Positions 1 through 11,700 of a stretch of 48,919 nucleotides of DNA are shown here, one piece after another. Position numbers and translations under genes: made by a program. The DNA is from a virus (lineage: Duplodnaviria; Caudoviricetes). How positions within the stretch are numbered: position 1 is the first letter of the stretch; every line of letters begins with the position of its first letter. The notes under the pieces were generated by a model. The model made no database searches. It was not told the origin of the DNA and worked only from the letters and a program-made list of their open reading frames with translations. Where the stretch lies: positions 1-48,919 of IMG/VR virus record IMGVR_UViG_3300026187_000025; one strand, written 5' to 3'.

Positions 1-117
1 TTTAATTTCGAGACAGTATTAAATGATACTATGCATGTAAACGCTGGACTCGATAAATTAGTAAAAATCAACTACAAAGAAAATGGCATCAAAAGCACAT
101 ACCGACGAGGTATTTAG
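1..117 (+). CDS. 3' end of a possible upstream ORF (partial, hypothetical)
   Basis: Frame 1 is open from base 1 to TAG at 115-117 (FNFETVLNDTMHV...STYRRGI*) and overlaps the phoH start. Too short to assign. Confidence 0.4.
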   Translation, partial: FNFETVLNDTMHVNAGLDKLVKINYKENGIKSTYRRGI

Positions 118-817
118 ACAAAAAAGAATAGTGAAAAACCCTATTAAATTCAAAATTCAACTAAATGAAGAACAAAAAGAAGCGAAAGCTAAAATATTAG
201 AAAACACACTTACTTTGCTAGCAGGTAAGGCTGGTTCCGGAAAAACAATGTTAGCATGTCAAATTGCATTAGACGGTCTATTTAGAAGACAATACGAAAA
301 AATTATCATTACAAGACCTACAGTATCAAAAGAAGATATTGGTTTCTTACCTGGTGATTTAAGAGAAAAAATGGATCCTTGGGTACAACCTATCTATCAA
401 AATATGTATGCTTTATATGATAAAGAAAAAATCGAAAAATGTATTGAAGAAGGACAAATCGAAATTGTACCTGTATCTTTTATGCGTGGTAGAACTTTCC
501 TTGATAGCTGTATTATCGTAGATGAAGCTCAAAACGTTACACACGAGCAAATGGAAATGATTGTTACTCGTATTGGTTTACGAAGTAAAATGATTATATG
601 TGGTGATGATCATCAAGTAGATTTAAAATCAAAACGCGACTCAGGATTTAGATTTTTATATACAGCAGCACGTAAAGTAAAAAATATGTTAGGAGTCACG
701 TTAATGGAAAACCACAGAGATCCTATTGTAGATGATTTATTAGATATTTATGAAGAAGCAGCTGAACGAGGAATAACAACTGGTTCTTCGGGTACAAGTG
801 GAAGATCTAAAAAATAG
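83..817 (+). CDS. phoH: PhoH-family ATPase
   Basis: Walker A GKAGSGKT; PhoH motifs ITRP, GFLPGDLREKMDPW, FMRGRTF, IIVDEAQN, TRIG, GD..QVDL, HR. Confidence 0.95.
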   Translation: MASKAHTDEVFRQKRIVKNPIKFKIQLNEEQKEAKAKILENTLTLLAGKAGSGKTMLACQIALDGLFRRQYEKIIITRPTVSKEDIGFLPGDLREKMDPWVQPIYQNMYALYDKEKIEKCIEEGQIEIVPVSFMRGRTFLDSCIIVDEAQNVTHEQMEMIVTRIGLRSKMIICGDDHQVDLKSKRDSGFRFLYTAARKVKNMLGVTLMENHRDPIVDDLLDIYEEAAERGITTGSSGTSGRSKK

Positions 818-838
818 TAATTAGTCCATCTTTTTTTA

Positions 839-847
839 ATATTTATA
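839..847 (+). promoter_or_regulatory. ATATTTAT(A) motif, putative late promoter (first of 13 intergenic copies)
   Basis: The motif recurs upstream of genes at 839, 3560, 3911, 5739, 21849, 24367, 27456, 36119, 36395, 38150, 38722, 39795 and 42432. Confidence 0.6.
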
Positions 848-857
848 ACAAAAAGAT

Positions 858-2051
858 ATGGCAAACATTCCAATTTGGCCGGGTTCATCATCATTCGCCG
901 ATTACCTTGTATCTCCAGGTAGTCCAACCCCATTTGGGTTTTATGATAGTGATACCTCTTTCCAATCAGATGCGGATAAAGTAGCTAAATTTTGTGCTCA
1001 ACGTTTAGGATATCCTATCGAAAACGTTGAATTACAAGATATTCAATTTTGGACAGCATTCGAAGAAGCAGTAACTGTTTATGGTAATGAATTATATGCT
1101 TTTAAAGTAAGAGATAATATGTTATCTTTGGAAGGAGCATCAACTGGTTCTTCTTTAAATCATACTTTAATTACTCCTAATATGTCTTCAGTTGTTCGTT
1201 TATCTGAGCAATACGGTGAAGAAGCGGGTGTAGGAGGTAATGTAACTTGGTATAGTGGTTCAATTGCATTAACTGCTTCTTTACAAGATTACGATCTAGC
1301 CGATTGGGCAATATCCCAAAGTATTACAGGCGGTATTGAAATTAAAAGAGTATTTTTCCAAGCACCACCTGCAGTAAACGAAATGTATACTCCATATGCT
1401 GGTGGATTTGGATTTGATGGTGATGCTGCTGCTTTTGCTTTTATGGGAGGTGGATATGGATATGGTGATAATTTCTTAATGATGCCTCTTAGCTACGATA
1501 TGCAAACTATCCAAGCAATTGAGATGTCTAATCAAGTTAGATTATCTAATTATACTTTTGAACTAATCAACAACAAATTACGTGTATTCCCTGTCCCTAC
1601 AAATGATGACGTAGATATAGTAGGTGGATATAGAAGTAGAATTTGGTTCCAATATATCAAAAATGATGATAGAATCAATGCGGGATTAGATAACGATGCT
1701 GGAGATAAAATTACTAATGAATCTAATGTTCCTTTTAATAATCCTACTTATGAACAAATTAATTCTATAGGTAGAAGTTGGATTTTTGAATACACATTAG
1801 CTATTGTAAAAGAAACTTTAGGGTATGTTCGAGGTAAATATTCAACAATCCCAATTCCTGGAGCTGATGTAACTTTAAACCAAGGAGACCTAATATCAGC
1901 AGCAACAACAGAAAAAGAAGCATTAATTACAAGATTAAGAGAATATTTTGATCAAACTTCACGTCAATCATTACTTGAAAGAAGAGCAGCTGAATCAGTA
2001 GCTCGCAAAAGTGAATTAGGGGAATCACCAATGACAATTTACATAGGATAA
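858..2051 (+). CDS. Neck/head-tail adaptor protein, T4 gp13-like
   Basis: N-terminal QRLGYPIENVELQDIQ..AFEEAV and C-terminal WIFEYTLAIVKETLG..RGKY..IPIPG.DVTLN..DLI..A..EKE.L resemble gp13-type neck proteins. First of three adjacent genes in gp13-14-15 order. Confidence 0.75.
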   Translation: MANIPIWPGSSSFADYLVSPGSPTPFGFYDSDTSFQSDADKVAKFCAQRLGYPIENVELQDIQFWTAFEEAVTVYGNELYAFKVRDNMLSLEGASTGSSLNHTLITPNMSSVVRLSEQYGEEAGVGGNVTWYSGSIALTASLQDYDLADWAISQSITGGIEIKRVFFQAPPAVNEMYTPYAGGFGFDGDAAAFAFMGGGYGYGDNFLMMPLSYDMQTIQAIEMSNQVRLSNYTFELINNKLRVFPVPTNDDVDIVGGYRSRIWFQYIKNDDRINAGLDNDAGDKITNESNVPFNNPTYEQINSIGRSWIFEYTLAIVKETLGYVRGKYSTIPIPGADVTLNQGDLISAATTEKEALITRLREYFDQTSRQSLLERRAAESVARKSELGESPMTIYIG

Positions 2052-2052
2052 C

Positions 2053-2616
2053 ATGGCATTATACGGAGAAGCAAGAGATATAAGTATGTTTAGACATATT
2101 AACCGAGAATTGATGGGTAACATCATTTCTCAGGAATGTGTTTATTACAAATATCGTTTAGCTGAAACTAAAGTAAACATGTATGGTGAAGCCTCCGATG
2201 GTAGATATTTCTTTGATCCCGTAATACTAAGTTGTTTAGTTGAAAGACAAGATCAAGAATACCCTGAAAGTGATTTAGGTGTAGATTTCCAATGGGGAAT
2301 TACATTTAAATTTTTACGAGATGATCTACTAGGTAAAAACCCAGATTATGATAATTTAACTACTAATGTATATGGGGCTAATTTAGTTCCTGAAGTCGGT
2401 GATATTATTATGTATAATGAAGGATATTATGAAGTAGATAATACAAATGCAAATCAGTATTTTGTAGGTAAAAACCCAGATTATCCTTATTTAGATGATA
2501 ATGGAAATAATCCATTAGAAAATGATTTAGCTAATTTTGGTTCTTCCATCTCAATCATTTGCCAAACACATTACGTCCCAGGTGATAGGTTGAATATAGA
2601 AAAACAACGATTATAA
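2053..2616 (+). CDS. Head closure/neck protein, T4 gp14-like
   Basis: NMYGE and PEVGDII.YN..YYEV motifs; follows the gp13-like gene. Confidence 0.6.
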   Translation: MALYGEARDISMFRHINRELMGNIISQECVYYKYRLAETKVNMYGEASDGRYFFDPVILSCLVERQDQEYPESDLGVDFQWGITFKFLRDDLLGKNPDYDNLTTNVYGANLVPEVGDIIMYNEGYYEVDNTNANQYFVGKNPDYPYLDDNGNNPLENDLANFGSSISIICQTHYVPGDRLNIEKQRL

Positions 2617-3536
2617 TGGCTAAAAGAAAACCCATACCAAAAACACAAAAAGAGATCAGTGCTGATCAACATATTCCATACAATAAGGAATCGGGTAATC
2701 CTAATTTAGCAAAAGATACTAATAGTAGAGGTAATAGATTATCTTTTAGAGGAGATGATACTAAACCTTTAAAAATTGGTATTCAAGATATTGATGAGGC
2801 TGTATTCTATTATTTTAATGAAGTGATTAGTCCTTCTGTATATCAAAATGGTGAACGAATTCCTGTTCCTGTAATTTACGGTGCCCCTGAAAAATGGAAA
2901 TCTTACCAAAAAGATGGATATTATAGGGATGAAAAAGGAAAAATAATGGCTCCTCTTATTATGATTAAGAGGACTAGCATGGAAAAAAATAGAACTATTG
3001 CTAATAAATTAGATGCTAATAATCCTAACAATTTTAACGTATTTACTAAAAAATACGATAAACGAAATGCATATGATCAATTTGCAGTATTAAACAATAG
3101 GATTCCTGCTAAAACATATTATGCATCAGTTGTACCTGATTATTTAACATTAAACTATGAATGTGTAGTATTTACATATTATGTAGAACAATTAAATAAA
3201 GTAGTAGAATCAATTAATTATGCATCCGATGCTTATTGGGGAAACCCAGAACGATTTAAATTTAATGCTCGAATAGACTCATTCGCTTTTGAAACCCAAC
3301 TCCAAGCAGGTGACGAAAGAATGGTAAGAAGTAGTTTTACTATTAAATTAAATGGATATGTAGTTCCCGAAATTCTCCAACGCGATTTAAATGGTATAGA
3401 AAAATTCACAGAAAAATCAAAAATTATATTTTCTATGGAAACAGATACACCTCCAGGATTTTATGAAGGTATACAAGTTTTTGATAGAATTGAAACAGAT
3501 AAATTACCTGACCCTAATAGAAAAGATAGAAAATAA
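2616..3536 (+). CDS. Tail terminator/sheath stabiliser, T4 gp15-like
   Basis: IPVPVIYGAPEKW motif; coupled (TAATG) to the previous gene; synteny. Confidence 0.6.
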   Translation: MAKRKPIPKTQKEISADQHIPYNKESGNPNLAKDTNSRGNRLSFRGDDTKPLKIGIQDIDEAVFYYFNEVISPSVYQNGERIPVPVIYGAPEKWKSYQKDGYYRDEKGKIMAPLIMIKRTSMEKNRTIANKLDANNPNNFNVFTKKYDKRNAYDQFAVLNNRIPAKTYYASVVPDYLTLNYECVVFTYYVEQLNKVVESINYASDAYWGNPERFKFNARIDSFAFETQLQAGDERMVRSSFTIKLNGYVVPEILQRDLNGIEKFTEKSKIIFSMETDTPPGFYEGIQVFDRIETDKLPDPNRKDRK

Positions 3537-3587
3537 TGTAATGGGAATAAAATATTTACATATTTATATCAGACAAACCCTCACTAA

Positions 3588-3902
3588 ATGGCACAAGTAA
3601 GATTTTTAGATCAAGTAGCAGTAACAGCATTCGCATCAAACGCAAATGCTACAAATGTTGGACGATTACCTCGTGTTATACAATCGGGTGAAACTTTAAC
3701 AGCACAAGCGAATCAGCAATTAGTTGGATTTGATTTTTACATTTTAGAGGGAGGTTTAGTTACAATAGAAGCGGGAGAACAAGTAAATGGCATTTCACCC
3801 CCTTTATATACCCATGGATTAATTCAAATTGAAAGCACCTTTACAAATGAGGGTACTTTAGTTAATAATGGGTATCTTGTATTAGGAACTGAACTTCAAT
3901 AA
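3588..3902 (+). CDS. Hypothetical beta-rich virion-associated protein
   Basis: 104-aa ORF with AAA-ATG start, preceded by ATATTTATA. Confidence 0.6.
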   Translation: MAQVRFLDQVAVTAFASNANATNVGRLPRVIQSGETLTAQANQQLVGFDFYILEGGLVTIEAGEQVNGISPPLYTHGLIQIESTFTNEGTLVNNGYLVLGTELQ

Positions 3903-3938
3903 AAAATTAAATATTTATAAATAAAATATTAGAAGAAC

Positions 3939-5687
3939 GTGGCTCAAATAAATTCAAAACTCACACCCTCAGGAAGCGTAACCACCCCAGCATCAGGATC
4001 GGTTGCTTTCTTTACCGAAGAAACAGACGGAGGTAGATTATATATTAAAGATTCAGATGGTAATGTATACCCAGCTGCTTCCGGTTCCGGAGGTGGTTCA
4101 TCTTTGATTGCAATTGAAAATGATGGTACTTCAGTAGGTAATGCTGGTACTCTTAATTTCAGTGGTTCCGCTGTAGATAGTATTACTATTCTTTCAGGAG
4201 TAGCAACAATTGGTCTTTCAGGAGGGGGTTCAGGCTCAGGCTCTTCAGGCTCAAGTGGTGTATCGGGCGCTGCTGGCTCTTCAGGTTCTTCAGGTGCTGA
4301 CGGAGCTGCAGGTGCTACAGGTTCTTCAGGTAGCTCAGGAGCTAATGGTGCCCCAGGTACTTCAGGTTCTTCAGGTGCCGACGGAGCTGCAGGTGCAGAT
4401 GGCTCTTCAGGTTCTTCAGGTGCTAACGGTGCCGATGGTTCCTCAGGTTCTTCAGGTGCTGACGGAGCTGCAGGTGCTGATGGTTCTTCAGGCTCTTCAG
4501 GCTCTTCAGGCTCTTCAGGTGCCGACGGAGCTGCAGGTGCAGATGGCTCTTCAGGTTCTTCAGGAGCTAATGGTGCCGATGGTTCATCAGGTTCAAGTGG
4601 AGCTGATGGATCATCAGGTTCATCAGGAGCTGATGGTGCTACAGGTGCTACAGGTTCTTCAGGTAGCTCAGGAGCTAATGGTGCCCCAGGTACTTCAGGT
4701 TCTTCAGGTGAACAAGGTCCTCAAGGTAACCCAGGTTCAAGCGGTACCTCAGGTGCGGTAGGTGCTACAGGTAGTTCAGGTTCTTCAGGTGCTGACGGAG
4801 CTACAGGTGCTACAGGTTCTTCAGGTAGTTCAGGTGCAAATGGTGCTCCTGGTACTTCAGGTTCAAGCGGTGCTAATGGCGCAGCGGGTGCTGATGGTTC
4901 TTCAGGCTCAAGCGGTGCGGATGGTGCTGCTGGTGCTAATGGTTCTTCAGGTTCTTCAGGTGTTACTGGTAATGCAGGTTCATCAGGATCTTCAGGAGCC
5001 GACGGTGCTGCTGGTTCATCCGGTGTAAGTGGTACTTCAGGTACTTCAGCTGCTGGTGGAGGTGGTACTCCATATAATAATGTAATTAGATACACATTTA
5101 CATCTGGTAGTGATCTAGCTCAATTACTTTCATCAGGTAATATTATTAGCGGGTTAAGTTGGTCTCGTTCAGGAACTACAATTTCAATTACTTCTACAGC
5201 ACATGGTTTAACATCGGGTGATTATGTAGTTGTAAGAAATATGGGTGATACTGATTATGTTTATGGAGCAATTAGTAATGTATCCACAAACTCATTCGAT
5301 ATTACAAATGCCGTTAATTCAGGTGATACAAGTGGTACAGCTGGTGTTTATATTCCTGCATTTAAAGTAAGTACATTAAGTGATTCAGCAATTACTATTG
5401 CTTCTCCTTCAAGTGGAAATTGTCAGCTTATATCAATGACTGTGTATATTGATGATTCTCAAACAGCACCAAAAACTTTAACATTACCTTCAAATTCTCT
5501 TAATAATGGAGCTGGACAAAATGGATCATTAGCTACTAGAGTTCCTCCTTCATTTAGAGCTTATGGAGGTGGCTCAGCTATTGGGGATGCATCATATACA
5601 TTCTCAACTACAACTAATCACAATGTATATAGTTTAGGAGGTACTATTGATCCTTTTGGTGCTGTATTATTAACATTTAGTTTCTAA
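3939..5687 (+). CDS. Gly-X-Y (GSS/GAD/GAA/GAN) repeat fibre protein with globular ends
   Basis: GTG start; ~280-aa Gly-every-third tract at ~4213-5068; beta-rich C-terminal domain (AHGLTSGDYVVV-type motif seen in phage fibre/baseplate proteins). Confidence 0.75.
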   Translation: MAQINSKLTPSGSVTTPASGSVAFFTEETDGGRLYIKDSDGNVYPAASGSGGGSSLIAIENDGTSVGNAGTLNFSGSAVDSITILSGVATIGLSGGGSGSGSSGSSGVSGAAGSSGSSGADGAAGATGSSGSSGANGAPGTSGSSGADGAAGADGSSGSSGANGADGSSGSSGADGAAGADGSSGSSGSSGSSGADGAAGADGSSGSSGANGADGSSGSSGADGSSGSSGADGATGATGSSGSSGANGAPGTSGSSGEQGPQGNPGSSGTSGAVGATGSSGSSGADGATGATGSSGSSGANGAPGTSGSSGANGAAGADGSSGSSGADGAAGANGSSGSSGVTGNAGSSGSSGADGAAGSSGVSGTSGTSAAGGGGTPYNNVIRYTFTSGSDLAQLLSSGNIISGLSWSRSGTTISITSTAHGLTSGDYVVVRNMGDTDYVYGAISNVSTNSFDITNAVNSGDTSGTAGVYIPAFKVSTLSDSAITIASPSSGNCQLISMTVYIDDSQTAPKTLTLPSNSLNNGAGQNGSLATRVPPSFRAYGGGSAIGDASYTFSTTTNHNVYSLGGTIDPFGAVLLTFSF

Positions 5688-5708
5688 AAAGAAAAAAAAA
5701 TATTCTTT

Positions 5709-5735
5709 AAAAGCCCCAGTATTGGGGCTTTTTTT
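5709..5735 (+). terminator. Rho-independent terminator
   Basis: AAAAGCCCCA-GTAT-TGGGGCTTTT stem-loop ending in T7. Confidence 0.85.
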
Positions 5736-5785
5736 ATCATATTTATGATATGAATATTCAAACTGATTTAAATATACTAGTATAA

Positions 5786-8700
5786 ATGGCAAACCAACTT
5801 TTCTACGGAAAACTTTCAAGCGTATCCCCTATAGGAAATGGAAGTAATTCATATGTTCGAGTAAGATTTGACGCTACTACTTCATCAAAAATATTAACTA
5901 ATATTACTGATGTTTCTGGATATCTTAATATAGATTATATAAGAACTGGACAAACTTTAGTAGAAAGCTCAGCATTTCCCTCAGGTACTATTGTAACAGC
6001 AATAGATACTGTAAATAATACAATTACTGTTGAAGATTTTCCCTCAACTAATGAATCCCAAGGTCTAGCCCGTGTTTCCCCTGCTGCGGGAGATTACTAT
6101 ATCCCTTCAGCTTCCTTTTTTAATGCTAATACTACTAACGGTATTAATGCTAATAGTATTACAGGTAGTGCAGATAGTGATTATGATGGCTCAACCCCAA
6201 TTTATGCTTTATTAGGGGCAGCATCAGATAATTCTCAAAATATTATTCCTGGAAGATTCCATAAATATAGAATCACAGAAACTTTTTATAAAAACCCCTC
6301 AGGAACTGAAATTTCAGTATATGTTTCTTGGGATGAAGGTGGAACTGAATCAGGTAGTGGAGATGAATTGTATACTTTTTCAGGACAAAAGTTAGGAATA
6401 GTTTCATTAACCCCCAATGAATCTTTAGCTCCTATTTTTTCTACCCGATTAAATGGTATGACAGATCTCCCAGCAGGTACAGATCTATCAGCTTATCAAA
6501 TTGAAGTTCAAAATTTCTTTGACGATTTATCAATTACTGATATATATTACACTGGTTCTTTAGTGTCTAAGAATAATGGAGATATTAATTTCACCGGTTC
6601 CGGTGTAAATGTAACGACCTCCGGTTCAAACGGAGTTACAGTTGAGATAACCGGTGGTGGTGGCGGTTCAGGAGATGGATTCCCATACACAGGTTCAGCT
6701 CAAATAACAGGTTCACTTCACATTACAGGAAGTGATTTCTCTATTAGTGATTTACCTGAACAAGATATTATTACAGTTGTAACTTATGATACAACTACAG
6801 GAGAATTTGGATATGTAAACGCTAGTTCAGGTACCTCAGGGGTAGCTGGTAGTTCAGGTACAACTGGTCAATCAGGTACTTCAGGTGCAGATGGTTCTTC
6901 AGGTATTTCTGGAGCAGATGGTTCTTCAGGTAGCAGTGGTGTTCCAGGTTCAAGTGGTGTTGATGGCTCTTCAGGTGAAAGCGGCCAATCAGGTACAAGT
7001 GGTTCATCAGGTTCATCTGGTGAAAGTGGTATTGATGGTTCTTCAGGTATCTCAGGAGCAAATGGTTCTTCAGGTAGCTCAGGAGCTAATGGCTCTTCAG
7101 GTGTAGACGGCTCTTCAGGTATTTCTGGAGTAGATGGTTCTTCAGGTTCTTCAGGAGCTAGTGGTTCTTCAGGTGTAGATGGTTCTTCAGGTTCATCAGG
7201 TAATGATGGACAATCGGGAGCCTCAGGTACATCAGGATCATCTGGTTCATCAGGTGAATTAGGTACATCAGGCGTTAGCGCAGAAAGCGGTACTTCAGGT
7301 TCTTCAGGTTCAGCTGGAGAAAGTGGGGTTGCAGGTTCATCAGGTGTAAGTGCTGAAAGTGGCACCTCAGGTTCATCTGGTTCAAATGGAGTAAATGGCT
7401 CAAACGGAATAGATGGTCAATCAGGAAATAGTGGTACTTCAGGTACTGCTGGTTCTAGTGGTATATTAGGTACATCGGGTGTAAGTGCTGAATCAGGTAC
7501 TTCAGGTTCTTCAGGTTCAGCTGGAGAAAGTGGTGTTGATGGCTCTTCAGGTGAAAGTGGCCAATCAGGTACAACAGGATCAAATGGTTCATCAGGATCA
7601 AACGGAAACGATGGCCAATCAGGAAATTCAGGAACTAGTGGTTCAGCTGGTTCTTCAGGTATATTAGGTACATCTGGTGTAAGTGCTGAAAGTGGCACTT
7701 CAGGTTCTTCAGGTTCAGCTGGAGAAAGTGGAATAGATGGTTCAAGTGGTGAAAGTGGCCAATCAGGTACTACGGGTTCAAATGGTTCATCAGGATCAAA
7801 TGGAGTAGATGGCCAATCAGGTAATTCAGGAACAAGCGGTACAGCTGGTTCTTCAGGTATATTGGGTACTTCAGGTGTTAGTGCAGAATCAGGTACAAGC
7901 GGCTCATCAGGTTCAGCTGGTGAAAGCGGTGTTGATGGTTCAAGTGGTGTTAGCGCTGAAAGCGGTACTTCAGGCTCATCTGGTTCAAATGGAGTAGATG
8001 GCTCAAACGGAATTTCAGGACAATCAGGAAATTCAGGAACTAGTGGCTCAGCCGGTTCATCAGGTGAATTAGGTACATCAGGTGTTAGCGCAGAAAGCGG
8101 TACTTCAGGTTCATCAGGTTCAAATGGTGAAGATGGTGTAGCAGGTTCAAGTGGTGTTAGCGCTGAAAGCGGCACTACAGGTTCAAATGGTTCATCAGGA
8201 TCAAATGGAGTAGATGGCCAATCAGGAAATTCAGGAACTAGTGGTTCAGCTGGTTCTAGTGGTATAATTGGAACTTCAGGTGTTAGTGCAGAAAGCGGTA
8301 CTTCAGGTTCATCAGGTTCAGCTGGAGAAAGTGGTGTTGCTGGTTCATCAGGTGAAAGTGCAGAATCAGGTACAAGCGGTTCATCAGGTTCAAATGGTGA
8401 AAGCGGGGTAGCAGGATCAAATGGCGAAAGTGCTGAAAGTGGATCTTCAGGTTCATCAGGTAGTAACGGTAGCTCAGGAGAATTAGGCTCAAGCGGTGAA
8501 AGTGCTGCTAGTGGAACATCAGGTTCAAGCGGTTCAACAGGTACCACAGGATCTGCCGGTAATGATGGCCAATCAGGTAATAGTGGTACAAGTGGTACAT
8601 CAGGTTCTTCAGGTATATTAGGTACATCTGGTGTAAGTGCTGAATCTGGCACTTCAGGTTCATCGGGTTCAAATGGTGAAAGCGGTATTACTGGCTCATC

Positions 8701-11700
8701 AGGTGAAAGTGCTGAATCAGGTACATCTGGTTCAAGTGGTTCAGCTGGAGAAAGTGGTGTTGCTGGATCATCCGGCGAAAGTGCTGAAAGTGGATCTTCA
8801 GGTTCATCAGGTAGCAATGGTAGCTCAGGTGTATTAGGTTCATCAGGTGAAAGCGCTTTAAGTGGCACATCAGGTTCATCGGGCTCAACAGGTACTACAG
8901 GTTCAGCAGGTAACGATGGTCAATCAGGAAATTCAGGAACAAGCGGTACAGCTGGTTCTTCAGGTATATTAGGCACTTCAGGTGTTAGTGCAGAAAGTGG
9001 TACATCCGGTTCTAGTGGTTCAAATGGTGAAAGTGGTATTGCTGGTTCAAATGGCGAAAGTGCTGAATCAGGTACAAGTGGTTCATCAGGATCATCAGGT
9101 GAAAGCGGCGTAGCAGGCTCTTCAGGTGAAAGTGCGGAATCAGGTTCAAGTGGTTCCTCAGGTTCAAATGGTAGTTCAGGTGACTTAGGTTCCTCAGGTG
9201 AAAGTGCTGCGAGCGGAACTTCAGGTTCAAGTGGTTCAACAGGTACAACAGGATCTGCAGGTAATAATGGTCAATCAGGAAATAGTGGTACTTCAGGTAC
9301 AGCTGGTTCTAGTGGTATAATTGGAACATCAGGTGTTAGCGCTGAAAGTGGTACATCTGGTAGTTCAGGTTCAAATGGTGAAAGCGGTGTCGCAGGATCA
9401 AATGGCGAAAGTGCTGAAAGCGGTACTTCAGGCTCATCAGGTTCAAATGGTGAAAGTGGTGTAGCAGGATCAAGTGGTGAAAGTGCTGAATCAGGCACTT
9501 CAGGTAGTTCAGGTAGCAATGGTAGCTCAGGTATATTAGGTTCATCAGGTGAAAGTGCAGGATCTGGTACAAGTGGTTCATCGGGTTCAACGGGTACTAC
9601 CGGTTCAGCAGGTAATAATGGTCAATCAGGAAATAGTGGTACTTCAGGTACAGCTGGTTCCTCAGGTATATTAGGTACCTCAGGTGTTAGTGCTGAATCA
9701 GGTACTTCAGGTAGCTCAGGCTCAAATGGTGAAAGCGGAGTTGCTGGTTCAAATGGAGAAAGTGCTGAATCAGGCACATCTGGATCAAGCGGTTCAGTTG
9801 GTTCATCAGGTGAATTAGGTACCTCAGGTGAAAGTGCCATAAGTGGTACAAGCGGTTCATCAGGTTCAGTTGGTTCTTCTGGTGTATTAGGTTCAAGTGG
9901 TGAAAGTGCTTTAAGTGGCACATCAGGTAGTTCAGGTTCAACTGGTACTACGGGCTCATCAGGTAACGATGGTCAATCAGGAAATTCAGGAACAAGCGGT
10001 ACAGCTGGTTCTTCAGGTATTATAGGAACCTCAGGAGTTAGTGCCGAATCAGGTACAAGCGGCTCATCAGGCTCAAATGGTGAAAGTGGTGTAGCTGGTT
10101 CAAATGGAGTTAGTGCTGAAAGTGGCACATCAGGATCAAGTGGTTCAGTTGGTTCATCAGGTAACTTAGGTTCATCAGGTGAAAGTGCTGCGAGTGGAAC
10201 TTCAGGTTCATCAGGTTCAAATGGTAGTTCAGGAGTATTAGGTTCAAGCGGTGAAAGTGCAGGATCAGGTACTTCAGGTAGTTCAGGTTCAACTGGTACT
10301 ACAGGTTCAGCAGGTAATGATGGTCAATCAGGTAATAGTGGTACAAGTGGTACATCAGGTTCTAGTGGTATAATTGGAACCTCAGGAGTTAGTGCAGAAT
10401 CAGGTACTAGTGGATCTTCAGGTTCAAATGGAGAAAGCGGAGTTGCGGGTTCAAATGGAGTTAGTGCTGAAAGCGGTACTTCAGGCAGTTCAGGTTCTGT
10501 TGGTTCATCTGGAGATTTAGGAACATCAGGTGTTAGCGCTGAAAGTGGTACATCTGGTTCAAGTGGTTCAGTTGGTTCATCAGGTAACTTAGGTTCATCA
10601 GGCGCAAGTGCAGAATCAGGTACTAGTGGATCTTCAGGTTCAACAGGAACAACAGGTTCAAATGGTAATGATGGACAAAGTGGTGCTTCTGCTACAAGTG
10701 GTTCAGCGGGTTCAAGTGGTACAATTGGTACTTCAGGGGTTGCAGGAACAAGTGGTGAAAGTGCTGATTCAGGTAGCTCAGGTAGTTCAGGTACATCTGG
10801 TTCATCAGGTGATATAGGTACAAATGGAGAAAGTGCCGCAAGTGGTTCCTCAGGTAGTTCAGGTAGTGTTGGTTCTTCAGGTGAAGCTGGTACTTCAGGT
10901 CAATCTGCTTTAAGTGCAACTTCAGGTAGTTCAGGTTCATCAGGTACTACAGGTTCATCAGGTAATGCTGGAGAAAGTGGTGCCTCGTCTACAAGCGGTT
11001 CTGCTGGTAGTTCAGGTACAATCGGTACATCTGGTGTAGCTGGTACCTCAGGCGAATCAAACACAAGTGGTACATCAGGTAGCACAGGTTCTTCGGGTGA
11101 AGATGGTATAGCAGGCTCAAGTGGTAATAGTGCTACTTCTGGTACAACTGGTTCATCTGGTTCAAACGGAGAAGACGGAATTGCTGGTTCTAGCGGTATA
11201 AGTTCTACATCTGGTACAACAGGTTCATCTGGTTCAAATGGTGAAGATGGTATAGCAGGTAGCTCAGGAAATAGCGAAACTTCAGGTACAAGTGGTTCAA
11301 CAGGTTCAACAGGTACTTCAGGTAACGCAGGACAAAGTGGCGAAAGTACAACAAGTGGTTCAGCTGGTTCAAGTGGTACAATTGGTACCTCAGGAGTAGC
11401 GGGAACTTCAGGAAATAGTGAAACATCAGGTTCAAGTGGTTCATCAGGTACTGTAGGTAGTTCAGGTGAAGCTGGAACAAGTGGTGAAAGCGCAGATAGT
11501 GGTACTAGTGGATCATCAGGTTCTTCAGGTACTACAGGTAGTGCAGGAGAAGATGGAGAATCAGGGGCTTCAGCTACAAGCGGTTCAGCAGGTAGTTCAG
11601 GTACAACAGGTTCAAATGGAAATGCCGGTCAATCAGGTTTAAGTACTACAAGTGGTTCAGCTGGTAGCTCAGGTACAATTGGTACAAGTGGTATAGCAGG

